A DNA stretch of 64,000 nt. It comes from Myxococcales bacterium (GTDB taxonomy: Bacteria; Myxococcota_A; Polyangia; Polyangiales; DASUME01). Both the position numbers and the translations under genes were made by a program. Below are positions 49,612 through 59,496 of the stretch, in pieces (the stretch's first letter is position 1; each line of letters opens with the position of its first letter). A model generated the notes under the pieces. The model had not been told where the DNA came from. It made no database searches and saw only the letters and a program-made list of their open reading frames with translations. The stretch covers positions 8,896,001 to 8,960,000 of the forward strand of contig JASGJH010000001.1 of assembly GCA_047601445.1 (NCBI GenBank). Reading direction: 5' to 3'.

Positions 49612-51333
49612 GTGGCGTCGGGGCATGCCTCTGCTACCGCCTTGGAACGAGGAACCTGCTTGCTTCGCCTTCTCGCAATCTGGTCTGGCTTGTTTCTGCT
49701 CCTGGTGGGCTGTGGCTTGTCGGTGGCGTTCGTCCTGGAGCGCTTGGGAGGGGATCGCTTTCGCAGACCCGTGACGACGACTCAGGCCTTCTGGTTCGGC
49801 TACGTGATCACGATCGCCTTTTTGCAGCTGTGGTCGCTGGCGTTTCCGATTCGGCTACCGGCCTTGCTGGTGCTCGTGGGCTTGAGCGCACTCGGGTTCT
49901 TCGTCTCGGGGGATCCGCTCCGAGCCCGGCTGCGGGCCTGGCGTCACCGACCCCGTCGCGTGTTGGCGTTGAGTGCGTTCACGATCGTCATCGCCGTCGT
50001 GGTGGCGTTGTATGCGGTTAACACGGTCATCTGGTACGACACGCACCTGTACCATCTGCAGGCCGTCAAGTGGGCACGCTTCCACCCGGCCATACCGGGC
50101 ATCGCCAACCTGCATAGTCGGCTGGCTTTCAACAACAGCATCCATCTGTTCGCGGCGATGACGGAGTCGTTCTGGAAGGCGCAGTCGTCCCATATTGCGC
50201 TCGGCTTCCTGACGACCGTCGTGCTCGTGCAGCTGGTCGCCCCACTGATCCAGCGCGTCGACCATCGTCAAGGTCGGCGCTCCGTGGCGTTCGCTCTGGT
50301 GATGGTGCCGTTCCTCCTCAGTCGCTTGCCGTCCCAGGAGGTCAACTCACTGTCCACGGATCTGGCGCTGGAGCTGCTCTGCATCGCATTCATCATGGAG
50401 CTCTTGCGCTTCGACTCCCGGCGCGAGGTTGGGCTGCAGCTCGCGCTCCTCTTGGGGCTGGCCGCGGCGGCCACGACCACCAAGCTCGGGGCGCTCGCGC
50501 TCGCGATGACGGGCCTCGCGCTCGCGGGGTTCGTGCTCCGCAAGGGAGGCCATGGCGCACGCACCCTGCTGGCGGTGGCTCTACCGTCCGCACTGGTCGC
50601 CGTCGGCTACGTCGCGCGCCATGGCGTGCTTTCGGGTTGGTTGCTGTTCCCGGTGCCGGTCGCTCAGCTGCCGGTGTCGTGGGCCTACGCGCGCGAAGAT
50701 GCGATCGCGTTGTTCCGTTGCATCGAAAGCTGGGCAAAAATCCCCGGTGTGACGCCTGATGAGGTCCTCGACCACGGCTTCCGGCACTGGTTCGATCCCT
50801 GGTTCAGGCGGATCCAGGGCTCGCGCGAGCTCTTGCTGCTCGCGATCAGCGTGCTGTTCGCGCTGCTGCGCTTCGCGTCCCCCCGCGGGAAAGCCTCGGT
50901 GGTCGATCGCTTTGCCATCGGCGGCGTGGCTCTGTCCCTCATGTTCTGGTTTCGCGGGGCCCCCGATCTGCGCTTCGGGGCGGTGTTCTTCTGGTTGCTG
51001 TTGGCCGTGTTGCTCGTCGAGCCTGTGGCCCGCATCTGCCAGACCCAGGCGGGGGCAGTGGTGGCGCTCGGCCTCAGCCTGGCGCTCGCCAACTGGGCAG
51101 GCGGCATCAGGGTCGGCTTCGAGCTCCCCGCGTCCCTGACCGACATTCCGCCGATCACTCCGATGGCCGCCACGAAAAAGGTCGAGCTGTCCCCGGGGTT
51201 GATCTCCTATGTGACCCTGGATGGTGGGGACCAATGCAGCAATTCCCCGCTACCCTGCACACCGTACCCCCTCGGGCAGCGGTTGCGGGAGGGCAAGAAC
51301 TTGAGGGCTGGTTTCCTGGCCAAGCCTCGCTAA
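49612..51333 (+). CDS. Polytopic membrane protein, LIC_10190-like (putative GT-C glycosyltransferase)
   Basis: More than 10 hydrophobic segments; YDT.LYH.Q.V.W, PGIANLH.RLAFN, SG.LLFP, APDLRFG, LPCTP. Confidence 0.65.
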   Translation: MASGHASATALERGTCLLRLLAIWSGLFLLLVGCGLSVAFVLERLGGDRFRRPVTTTQAFWFGYVITIAFLQLWSLAFPIRLPALLVLVGLSALGFFVSGDPLRARLRAWRHRPRRVLALSAFTIVIAVVVALYAVNTVIWYDTHLYHLQAVKWARFHPAIPGIANLHSRLAFNNSIHLFAAMTESFWKAQSSHIALGFLTTVVLVQLVAPLIQRVDHRQGRRSVAFALVMVPFLLSRLPSQEVNSLSTDLALELLCIAFIMELLRFDSRREVGLQLALLLGLAAAATTTKLGALALAMTGLALAGFVLRKGGHGARTLLAVALPSALVAVGYVARHGVLSGWLLFPVPVAQLPVSWAYAREDAIALFRCIESWAKIPGVTPDEVLDHGFRHWFDPWFRRIQGSRELLLLAISVLFALLRFASPRGKASVVDRFAIGGVALSLMFWFRGAPDLRFGAVFFWLLLAVLLVEPVARICQTQAGAVVALGLSLALANWAGGIRVGFELPASLTDIPPITPMAATKKVELSPGLISYVTLDGGDQCSNSPLPCTPYPLGQRLREGKNLRAGFLAKPR

Positions 51334-51367
51334 ATCTCACCGCGGAAAGACGGCGATGACTCACGGC

Positions 51368-52069
51368 ATGAACGACTTGCGAAAGCTCTCAATCCTGATC
51401 CCGATCTACAACGAGAAGCGTTGGGTCGAGGAGATCGTACGGCGCGTGCTCGCGGCGGACTGTCGCGGACTCGAGCGCGAGCTGGTGATGGTCGATGACT
51501 GCTCGACCGACGGCACCAGCGACATCCTGAAGGCATTGGCCGCCAAACATCCCGAGATCAGCCTGTTCAAGCAGCCGGTCAACCAAGGCAAGGGCGCGGC
51601 GGTCCGCAGGGCCATCGAGGAAGCCACCGGTGATCTCATGTTGATCCAGGACGCGGACCTCGAATACGACCCACAGGACTACCCCACGCTGCTGCAGCCG
51701 CTCCTGGACGGCAAGGCCGACGCGGTGTTCGGGAGCCGATTCCTCGGGGGGCCGCATCGAGTGCTCTACTACTGGCACTCCGTGGGTAACAAGGTGCTCA
51801 CCACGCTGAGCAACATGTTTACCAACCTCAATCTCACGGACATGGAGACCTGCTACAAGGTGTTCCGCTCGGACCTGCTCAAGGGCATCAAGATCGAACA
51901 GCAGCGCTTCGGCATCGAGCCCGAGATCACGGCCAAGGCTGCCCGGCTCGGCGCCCGGATCTACGAAGTCCCGATCTCCTACGCTGGTCGCACCTATGCC
52001 GAGGGTAAGAAAATCGGTTGGAGGGACGGCGTGAAGGCCCTCTACTGCATCGTCCGCTACCGGGCCTGA
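51368..52069 (+). CDS. GT2 polyprenyl-phosphate glycosyltransferase-like protein
   Basis: PIYNE, DDCSTDGT, NQGKGAA, QDADLEYDP, TDMETCYK, F.IEPEIT, GKKIGWRDG. Confidence 0.9.
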   Translation: MNDLRKLSILIPIYNEKRWVEEIVRRVLAADCRGLERELVMVDDCSTDGTSDILKALAAKHPEISLFKQPVNQGKGAAVRRAIEEATGDLMLIQDADLEYDPQDYPTLLQPLLDGKADAVFGSRFLGGPHRVLYYWHSVGNKVLTTLSNMFTNLNLTDMETCYKVFRSDLLKGIKIEQQRFGIEPEITAKAARLGARIYEVPISYAGRTYAEGKKIGWRDGVKALYCIVRYRA

Positions 52070-52221
52070 AAGCCCCGCGTCTCCGCCTGAGCCCGGCGTG
52101 GCCGCGCGTCGGCACCTACCAGGAATTCCCCGGGTAATTCGCCAGCCGAGGGCCCGTGCGCGGGTCTGCTTGTCGCGCTATAGCCGAACACGCTCGAGGG
52201 CTGAGCTGTAGGGGTTGGGCG

Positions 52222-53400
52222 ATGGCGAAAGGGACCGGAAAGCGCGGAAATTCAGGGTCGGCTGCTCACCCACAAGCAGAGTCGATCTCCGAGTCGCCGC
52301 TGGTGTCCGTCGTCATTCCTTCCTACAACCACCGCCGCTTCATCGGTAAGGCCGTCGACTCGGTGCTGCAGCAGTCGCACCAGAACGTGGAGCTCATCGT
52401 CATCGACGATGGCTCGTCCGACGGCTCGGCCGAGCTCTTGCGCGAGGCCTACGGCAGCGACCCTCGCGTGCAGCTACGGGCGCGGGAGAATCGCGGTGCC
52501 CACGCCACCCTCAACGAGGCGGTTGGGCTCGCACGCGGAGAGTTCGTCACGATCTTGAACTCGGACGACCTCTACCTTCCCACGCGCCTGGAGCGCTTGG
52601 TTCAGGCGGCGAGGCAGCACGGAGGCCACCCCTTCTTCGGCATCACCGGGGTGCGCATCGTCGACGAGCGCGATGAGCCGCTGCCCGTGAGCGGTCCCAC
52701 CCGCTACTACGCTTCGGTGCTCGACAAGTTCGAGGGACGTCCGGCGGCGGCCGCTTTCTGGGTCGGCAACCTCGCGATGACAACCTCCAACTTTTTCTTC
52801 TCGCGTGGGCTGCTGGAGAAGGTCGGGACCTTTGCCCCCCTGCGCTACACGCACGACTGGGATTGGGCGCTGCGTGCATCCGAGGTCGTGAGCCCGGTTC
52901 GGCTCGACGATGTGCTGCTTTGCTACCGTGTCCACGGCACCAACACCATCGCCGAGGGCAACATGTGGAAGCACGTGTCCGAGAACGCCTACGTCTTCGC
53001 CAGCGCCATCAAGCGCGCTGGCATCGAGCGCATGGCGGAGCGCGCTGGCGTGAGTCCTCACGAAGTCATGCAGGCCATGTTGGCCAACGAGAGCTTCGGG
53101 CCCGTCCCCACGCTGTTCTTGCTCGGCCTGGGCAAGTCTCCCGAGGAGCTCACGCAGCTGCTCGAGCGGGGCGCCCTGGAAGAGATGCTGCCCAAGCTGG
53201 TGGGGCGCTCACGGGTCGATACGGATCTCATGTTGTCGGCCGAACACCTGCGTCACAAGTTGGGTGACAAGCCGGCCCATGCGTCGCCGAAGCCCGCGGC
53301 CAAGAAGGCCAAGCCCAAGGGACCGCTCACCGCACTGCGCGCCGCGGGCAAGCGCGTGCGGAAGAGCTTGCGAAGCGCCCTCTCCGAGAAGCGCAAATGA
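52222..53400 (+). CDS. GT2 glycosyltransferase
   Basis: VSVVIPSYNH, IDDGSSD, N.GAHA.LN, LNSDD, HDWD, YRVHG.NT. Confidence 0.9.
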   Translation: MAKGTGKRGNSGSAAHPQAESISESPLVSVVIPSYNHRRFIGKAVDSVLQQSHQNVELIVIDDGSSDGSAELLREAYGSDPRVQLRARENRGAHATLNEAVGLARGEFVTILNSDDLYLPTRLERLVQAARQHGGHPFFGITGVRIVDERDEPLPVSGPTRYYASVLDKFEGRPAAAAFWVGNLAMTTSNFFFSRGLLEKVGTFAPLRYTHDWDWALRASEVVSPVRLDDVLLCYRVHGTNTIAEGNMWKHVSENAYVFASAIKRAGIERMAERAGVSPHEVMQAMLANESFGPVPTLFLLGLGKSPEELTQLLERGALEEMLPKLVGRSRVDTDLMLSAEHLRHKLGDKPAHASPKPAAKKAKPKGPLTALRAAGKRVRKSLRSALSEKRK

Positions 53401-56400
53401 CGATGACGCCGCCCGGCAAGGACCGCGTCACGACGCTGGACGTGTGGGACACGCTCTTGCGCCGGCGCTGTCACCCGGACGAGGTGAAGCTGGCCAGCGC
53501 GGATTTCGTGCGCATTCACCATGGCGCACGGCTGTTGCCCGAGTTCGCCAGCGCGTCAGCCATCTTTCAGCAGCGCAGGCAGGCCGAGATCCGCATCGGC
53601 AACAAGAACCGCGCGGAGGGCCACGACGACGAGTACCGCTTGATCGATGTTTGGCGTTCGGCGCTGACGGTGATGCTCAAGCCATCCGAAAGCGCCCTCT
53701 TGGAAGAGGTGGCCGCGGCTGCGCAGCGCAGCGAGCTCGCTTTCGAAGACCGCGTCACCTACGCCAATCCGTCGATCCGCGCGTTCCTGCAGGAGCAGGC
53801 CGTGTCGGAGGCGCATCTCCTGAGCGATTTCTACGTGGGAGGGGCCGACCTGCTGGAGTTGGTGCGACGCAAGCACCCTGGGCTCGCGCTGGCGGGGGCC
53901 ATGGTGTCGTGCGACGAGGGCGTGACCAAGCGGTCGGGACGCCTGTACCGCCGCTTCGAGCGCGTGTGCGAGATCGAGCCGGCCCAGCATCTCCACATCG
54001 GCGACAACCAGGAGAGCGACGTGCTGAGCGCGCGTCGGGTAGGGCTCACGGCACTCCACTATCAAGACGCTGTGGAGGAGCAGAAGCGGGCTAATCTGGC
54101 CAAGCAGTTCGAAGCGCGTATGAAGGGCGACTACTCGTCGTACTGGAAGACGCTGCGCTCACGGGGCGCGGCCAGCGCGGCGGCCGATGCACGTCACGAG
54201 GACCCTCGCTTCCAGTTCGGGGTCGAGCTCGCGCCTCTGTACGTGCTGTACGTGCTGTTCGCGCTCGAGCAGGCCGCTCGGGCCGGTGTCGACAAGGTTT
54301 ACTACTTCACCCGCGAAGGTGAGGTGTTGGCCCGCATTCATGCAGCGATCGCCGCGGCCTGTCCGGATCGTCAGCTGCCGGCGGCCGATCTCCTCGAGGT
54401 GAGCCGTCTGGCCACCTTCGGGGCTTCCATCGCCGGCCTCGAGTTGCCGGAGCTGAACCGCTTCTGGACCATGTACTCGCGGCACTCCGTCAACACGCTG
54501 CTGGTGTCGCTCGGGCTCGACCCCGCGGCCTACGCGGACCTGGTGTGGGAGGCAGGCCTCGATCCCGAGCAGCTGGTGATCGAGCCGTGGCGGGACCCGC
54601 GCTTCCTCGGGCTCCTCGAAAATCCCAGCTTCAAGTCCAAGGTGGAGGCCGGACTCGCGCGCCGTCGCGCGGACTTGATGGACTACTTCGGGCAACACGG
54701 GCTCACGCCGCAGAGCCGGCGCGCCGTGGTCGTCGAGATCGGCTGGCGCGGCACCATCCAGGACAACCTGGCCCGCATCTTCCCTGACGTGGAGTGGCAG
54801 GGCGTCTACCTGGCGCTGTTCCGCTACCTCAATACGCAGCCCGAAAACGCGCTCAAGACGGCGTTCCTGCTGAATGACAATCAGGGCGACACGGCCGAGA
54901 AGGTGCTGCGTCCACAGGCCCCGCTCGAGATGCTCTTCAACTCGGCCTCGGGCAGTGTCACGGGCTACGTGCGGGAAGGGGAGCGCGTGGTCGCCACCCG
55001 CAAGTCCGCCGAAGGCGAAGACCGTGTGTTCCATGCATTCACGGGAATGGTGCAGGAGGGGGTGCTGGCTTCCGTGCCGGGCATCGTGCACTTCCTGGAG
55101 GAGCGCGCGCTTTCGCCCCTGGAGCTGCGCATGCAAGCGCGGCGCATGGCGGAGGACTTGCTCAGCATGCCGCCTCGCGCCTTCGCGCGCGCCTACTTCG
55201 AGCTCGAGCACAACGAGACCTTCGGCGTCGGTGGCTTCGTGCGCAAAGAGGGGCAGCTGGTGCGCGACGTACTCAGGACCGGCTCCGCGAGCAAGGCTTG
55301 GAAGCTCCTGAGCGAACGGCCGAAAGAGAGCGGCTGGGTCGCAGGCTTCCATGCTGCACACTCGGGTGCAGGCGGGGCCGACGTCATCACGCGCCTCGCC
55401 GCGGGCCAGAAGGACCTCAAGCGCGTGCCCAAGTTGCTGGGCCGAATTTCGCGAGAGGTCTGGAAGGGCACCAAGAAGCGTGGACTGGTCCCGGTATTGG
55501 CGGACATTCGCGATGCCTTCGTGACCAAGCCTCAGCCGGCCCCCGAGAGCATTCGCATGATTCCGCTCGTGCAGACGGCCGAGCTGCAGAACGAGCACTT
55601 GCTGCGCTTCAACGAGGAAATGCTGTCGGCGCGTCGCGCGGCCAGCGGTCCGTTCGTGGTGGCGTGGCTCATCCCCGACATCGGATACGGTTCGGGCGGG
55701 CACATGACGCTGCTGCGCTTCGTGCGTCACTTCCGCAGCCTGGGCATCGTCAACAAGGTCTACGTGCACGGCAAGTCGCGTCACCGTGACCGCACCGCGC
55801 TCGAGAAGTTCGTGCGCACCAACTACGGCCCCATCGAAGGTATCGAGTTCTACGAGAACTCCGAGACCATCGACGACAGCGACATCCTGATCGCCACCCA
55901 CTGGACCACGGCCTACGAGGTGTTCCGCCAGGAGAACACGCGCTTCAAGGCCTATTTCATCCAGGACTTCGAGCCCCACTTTTATCCCAAGGGGTCGCTC
56001 GGCGTGTTCGCCGAGAACACCTACGCGATGAACCTGTACGGAGTGTGCGCGAGCCCCTGGCTGTTCGAGGTCGCGCAGCGCTACGGCATGCAGGCGTGCG
56101 GCTTCCACCTCGGGTACGAGCCCGAGACCTACTACGTCGACCCGCTCGCCGAGCGGGACCCGAACCGCGTGGTGGTCTACATGCGACCCAGCACGGAGCG
56201 CCGCGGCACCGAGCTCCTGCTGGCAGCGCTCCTCCTGGTTCAGCGAGAGCGTCCGCAGACGCGCATCTCCATCTTCGGGACCCCGAGCATTCCGGCGGTC
56301 GGGCTCAAGGCCGAGATCATGGGCTTGTTGAACGAGGAGCAGCTGCGTCGCCTGCACAGCGCCTCGGCCATCACCTTGCTCACCTCCCTCACCAACTACT

Positions 56401-56840
56401 CGCTGATGCCCATCGAGGCCATGGCTTGCGGCTCGGTGGTCATCGATCTCGATGTCGAGAGCATGCGGGCCACCTTCGGCATCGACGCCCCCATCAGCCT
56501 CGTGAAGCCGGATCCCCAGGCCATCGCGCGCGAGATCCTGGAGCTCTTGAACGACCGCGAAAAGCTGGCCGAGAAGTCGGCGGCTTGCATCGCCTATGCC
56601 CAGGGCTTCCAGTGGAGCCGTGCGTTCGACGAGGTGAGCTCGGCCCTGTTCGCGCAGTACTTCCGGGGCACCCTCGCCGACGCCCGTGGCGCCAAGCTCA
56701 GCGGCTTGGTGCGGCCGCGCGGGGGCACGCAGTTCTACTCGGTGCGCGCTGGCCAGAAGGTCGCGCTCTCGGACGACGAGGTGTCGGGAAGCGCCGAGCA
56801 GATCGACCCACGGACGCTGCTGGCCTTGCCGACGGGCTGA
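53397..56840 (+). CDS. Multidomain protein: HAD phosphatase and PRT-like domain (putative ribofuranosyltransferase) plus WsaF-like GT4
   Basis: LDVWDTLLRR, HIGDN..SD, YYFTREG, EIGWRGTIQ; then GSGGH.T, ATHWTTAY, YFIQDFE..FY, TNYSL.P.E.MACG. Confidence 0.78.
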   Translation: MTMTPPGKDRVTTLDVWDTLLRRRCHPDEVKLASADFVRIHHGARLLPEFASASAIFQQRRQAEIRIGNKNRAEGHDDEYRLIDVWRSALTVMLKPSESALLEEVAAAAQRSELAFEDRVTYANPSIRAFLQEQAVSEAHLLSDFYVGGADLLELVRRKHPGLALAGAMVSCDEGVTKRSGRLYRRFERVCEIEPAQHLHIGDNQESDVLSARRVGLTALHYQDAVEEQKRANLAKQFEARMKGDYSSYWKTLRSRGAASAAADARHEDPRFQFGVELAPLYVLYVLFALEQAARAGVDKVYYFTREGEVLARIHAAIAAACPDRQLPAADLLEVSRLATFGASIAGLELPELNRFWTMYSRHSVNTLLVSLGLDPAAYADLVWEAGLDPEQLVIEPWRDPRFLGLLENPSFKSKVEAGLARRRADLMDYFGQHGLTPQSRRAVVVEIGWRGTIQDNLARIFPDVEWQGVYLALFRYLNTQPENALKTAFLLNDNQGDTAEKVLRPQAPLEMLFNSASGSVTGYVREGERVVATRKSAEGEDRVFHAFTGMVQEGVLASVPGIVHFLEERALSPLELRMQARRMAEDLLSMPPRAFARAYFELEHNETFGVGGFVRKEGQLVRDVLRTGSASKAWKLLSERPKESGWVAGFHAAHSGAGGADVITRLAAGQKDLKRVPKLLGRISREVWKGTKKRGLVPVLADIRDAFVTKPQPAPESIRMIPLVQTAELQNEHLLRFNEEMLSARRAASGPFVVAWLIPDIGYGSGGHMTLLRFVRHFRSLGIVNKVYVHGKSRHRDRTALEKFVRTNYGPIEGIEFYENSETIDDSDILIATHWTTAYEVFRQENTRFKAYFIQDFEPHFYPKGSLGVFAENTYAMNLYGVCASPWLFEVAQRYGMQACGFHLGYEPETYYVDPLAERDPNRVVVYMRPSTERRGTELLLAALLLVQRERPQTRISIFGTPSIPAVGLKAEIMGLLNEEQLRRLHSASAITLLTSLTNYSLMPIEAMACGSVVIDLDVESMRATFGIDAPISLVKPDPQAIAREILELLNDREKLAEKSAACIAYAQGFQWSRAFDEVSSALFAQYFRGTLADARGAKLSGLVRPRGGTQFYSVRAGQKVALSDDEVSGSAEQIDPRTLLALPTG

Positions 56841-57115
56841 GTACCTCGGGGCGGGCTCGACAGGGGACGCCCACGGCGCTGGCACAGGGGCCTCTCGCGA
56901 GGGGGCCCGATCTTCGAGTCTGACCTTGGAATGCAAAGTCATTCCGTCACTTTATGGCTACGAAGTGACGGCGGCTCGAGGCCGCTCGGGGAGGGGGCGG
57001 GGCGGAGCGACCCGGAGCCTACGCACGCGAGCTCTCCGCATTCCACCCTCACCAGGTGTCCGTGAGCACTGCAATTCTCGCCAAGCTCGATGCCTCGCGC
57101 TAGGAAGGCGGCGTC

Positions 57116-58234
57116 GTGACCAACCAGCGCGGGGGCGATTTTGCGGCCCATGGGGGGCGGAAGCTCTTTTGCTTCGGCTTCCATCCCTGGAAGAGGGGCT
57201 ACGTGCGGCGCTACCTGGCGCACGAGGGCAACGCGCGCTTTGCGCGGACCGCGCTCGAGGCCTCGCTCAAGGGCTTCGACGCCGACAGCCGCATCGTCGT
57301 GTGGGGCTCCGGTGAGTCGGAGGACGTGCGGGATTTGGCCGCCCGCTACGACGTCCCGATCTGGCGCATGGAAGACGGCTTCCTGCGTTCCGTGGGCCTG
57401 GGCGCGGAGCGCTATACGCCCGCCTCGCTCGTGCTGGATCGCACCGGCATCTACTACAACCCGCAGACCACCAGCGACCTCGAAAAGCTGCTCGCCGACG
57501 GCATCTTCGGCAGTGCGGATCTCGAGCGTGCCCGCCTGCTCCGCGAGGGCATCGTGCGGCTGGCGCTCAGCAAGTACAACGTCGGCGATCGCACCGCGAG
57601 TTTGCCCACGGTGCCGGAAGGGCGCACCGCGATTCTGGTGCCGGGCCAGGTGCAGGACGACGCCTCGATTCGCCTGGGTTGCATCGACCTTCGGACCAAC
57701 CTGGACCTCTTGAAGGCGACCCGCGAACGTCGGCCTGACGCGTTCATCATCTTCAAGCCCCACCCGGACGTGGTGAGCGGCAACCGACGCGGCGCGGTCT
57801 CCGCCGAGGACGCGCGACGCTACGCCGACGTGGTGGTCGAGGATGCGCCGCTACCGGCTTGCCTCGGCCTCGTTCAGGAGGTCCACACGCTCACCTCCCT
57901 CGTGGGCTTCGAGGCGCTCATGCGAGGGCTTCGCGTCAACGCCTACGGCTTGCCGTTCTACGCCGGCTGGGGCCTCACCGAAGATCGCCATGCCCACTCG
58001 GGACGCACGCGGCGCCTCACGCTCGACGAGCTGGTGTGCGCGACCCTCATCCGCTATCCGCTCTACCTCGACCCGAACACGCTGCGCCCGAGCTCGCCCG
58101 AGCAGGTCGTGGAGGACCTGGCCCAGGCCGTGCGCGACGACAGAAACCGGCCCATCCAGATCTCTTGGCTGAAGCGTCACGCGCGCAAGGCTGGCAACGC
58201 TCTCAAGGCCATGTTGGGCCGGAATGGGCAGTAG
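57116..58234 (+). CDS. kpsC: Single-domain KpsC-type beta-Kdo transferase
   Basis: EDGFLRSVGLG, GIYY, LSKYN, GQVQDDASI, KPHPDV, S.VGFEAL, G.PFYAGWGLT. Confidence 0.88.
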   Translation: MTNQRGGDFAAHGGRKLFCFGFHPWKRGYVRRYLAHEGNARFARTALEASLKGFDADSRIVVWGSGESEDVRDLAARYDVPIWRMEDGFLRSVGLGAERYTPASLVLDRTGIYYNPQTTSDLEKLLADGIFGSADLERARLLREGIVRLALSKYNVGDRTASLPTVPEGRTAILVPGQVQDDASIRLGCIDLRTNLDLLKATRERRPDAFIIFKPHPDVVSGNRRGAVSAEDARRYADVVVEDAPLPACLGLVQEVHTLTSLVGFEALMRGLRVNAYGLPFYAGWGLTEDRHAHSGRTRRLTLDELVCATLIRYPLYLDPNTLRPSSPEQVVEDLAQAVRDDRNRPIQISWLKRHARKAGNALKAMLGRNGQ

Positions 58235-59471
58235 CGGCGTGTCTGCTCTCGAGCTCGGGGTGCGAAACGCGCTGCTGCTGCAGGGGCCGATGGGGCCCTT
58301 CTTCCGCCATTTCGCCGACGAGTTGCAGGCCCAGGGCATCCAGGTCACCAAGCTCAACTTCAACGCTGGCGACGCGCTCTACTTTCGAGGACCAGAGGCG
58401 CGCAGCTATCGCGGTCGGCTCGACGGGCTCGGCGCTTATTTCGAGCAGCTCATGCGCGAGCAGCGCATCGACGGCGTGTTCTTGTTCGGCGACGGGCGTC
58501 CGGTGCACCGCAAGGCCATCGAGGTGGCGCAGCGACTGGGCATCCGGGTCTTCGTGTTCGAGGAGGGCTACATGCGCCCGGACTGGATCACGCTGGAAGA
58601 GGGCGGCGTGAACGGTCACTCGTCGCTGCCCCGTGACCCGGCCTTCTATCGCGCCTTTTCCCACGAAGAGGTGCCGGAGGCCGTGCGCGTCAAGTCTAGC
58701 TTCGGGCGCGCGGGCTGGTTCTCCACCGCTTACTCCATCGCGCTCACGCTCGGCTTCTTCGCATACCCGTACTACCGTCACCACCGCCCGCTCAACGCCT
58801 TCGTCGAGGCCTTTCGCTGGGTGCGCGGCGGTCTGCGCAAGCAGATCTTCGTGCGGCGCGAGCGCGGGCTCACCGAGTGGCTCTCCGAGACACGGCACAA
58901 GCAGTTCTTCCTGGTGGCCATGCAGGTGCACTGTGACTACCAGCTCGTGCATTCTCCGTTCGACAGCGTGGAGCAGTTCCTCGAGCAGGTGATGGCGTCC
59001 TTCGCGAAGCACGCGCCCAAGACGCAGTCCCTTGTCATCAAGAGCCACCCGCTCGATCGACCCTACCGTGAGCACGGACCCTTGATTCGCCGCCTGAGCC
59101 AGCGCTTCGGCCTCGAGGGGCGGGTCACGCACGTGCACGACTTGCACCTGCCCACGTTGCTCCGACACGCGAGCGGCGTGGTCATGATCAACAGCACGGT
59201 GGGGCTGCAGGCGGTGCAGGCTGGCACTCCCGTGAAGGTGCTGGGGCACGCGGTCTACGACATGGCTGGCCTCACGTACCAGGGCTCGCTCGAGGCCTTC
59301 TGGCGCGATCCGGGCAGCGTCGATCTCGAGCTCTACAAGGGCTTCCGCGCGCACCTCATGCAGGCGAACCAGGCCAACGGCAGCTTCTATCGGCAGCTTT
59401 CACAGTCGCCCCTGAAGGCCGGCTTGATCTGGCCGCCGGCGCTCACGGACGGCTCGGCGATCAAGTCCTGA
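58224..59471 (+). CDS. kpsS: KpsS beta-Kdo transferase
   Basis: LLQGPMGPFF, NFNAGD, FGD.R..H, FEEGY.RP..ITLE..GVN..S, QVHCDYQ, K.HP.DR, NSTVG. Confidence 0.92.
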   Translation: MGSSGVSALELGVRNALLLQGPMGPFFRHFADELQAQGIQVTKLNFNAGDALYFRGPEARSYRGRLDGLGAYFEQLMREQRIDGVFLFGDGRPVHRKAIEVAQRLGIRVFVFEEGYMRPDWITLEEGGVNGHSSLPRDPAFYRAFSHEEVPEAVRVKSSFGRAGWFSTAYSIALTLGFFAYPYYRHHRPLNAFVEAFRWVRGGLRKQIFVRRERGLTEWLSETRHKQFFLVAMQVHCDYQLVHSPFDSVEQFLEQVMASFAKHAPKTQSLVIKSHPLDRPYREHGPLIRRLSQRFGLEGRVTHVHDLHLPTLLRHASGVVMINSTVGLQAVQAGTPVKVLGHAVYDMAGLTYQGSLEAFWRDPGSVDLELYKGFRAHLMQANQANGSFYRQLSQSPLKAGLIWPPALTDGSAIKS

Positions 59472-59496
59472 GCCGTCGGTGTGGTGGGCGGCGCGT

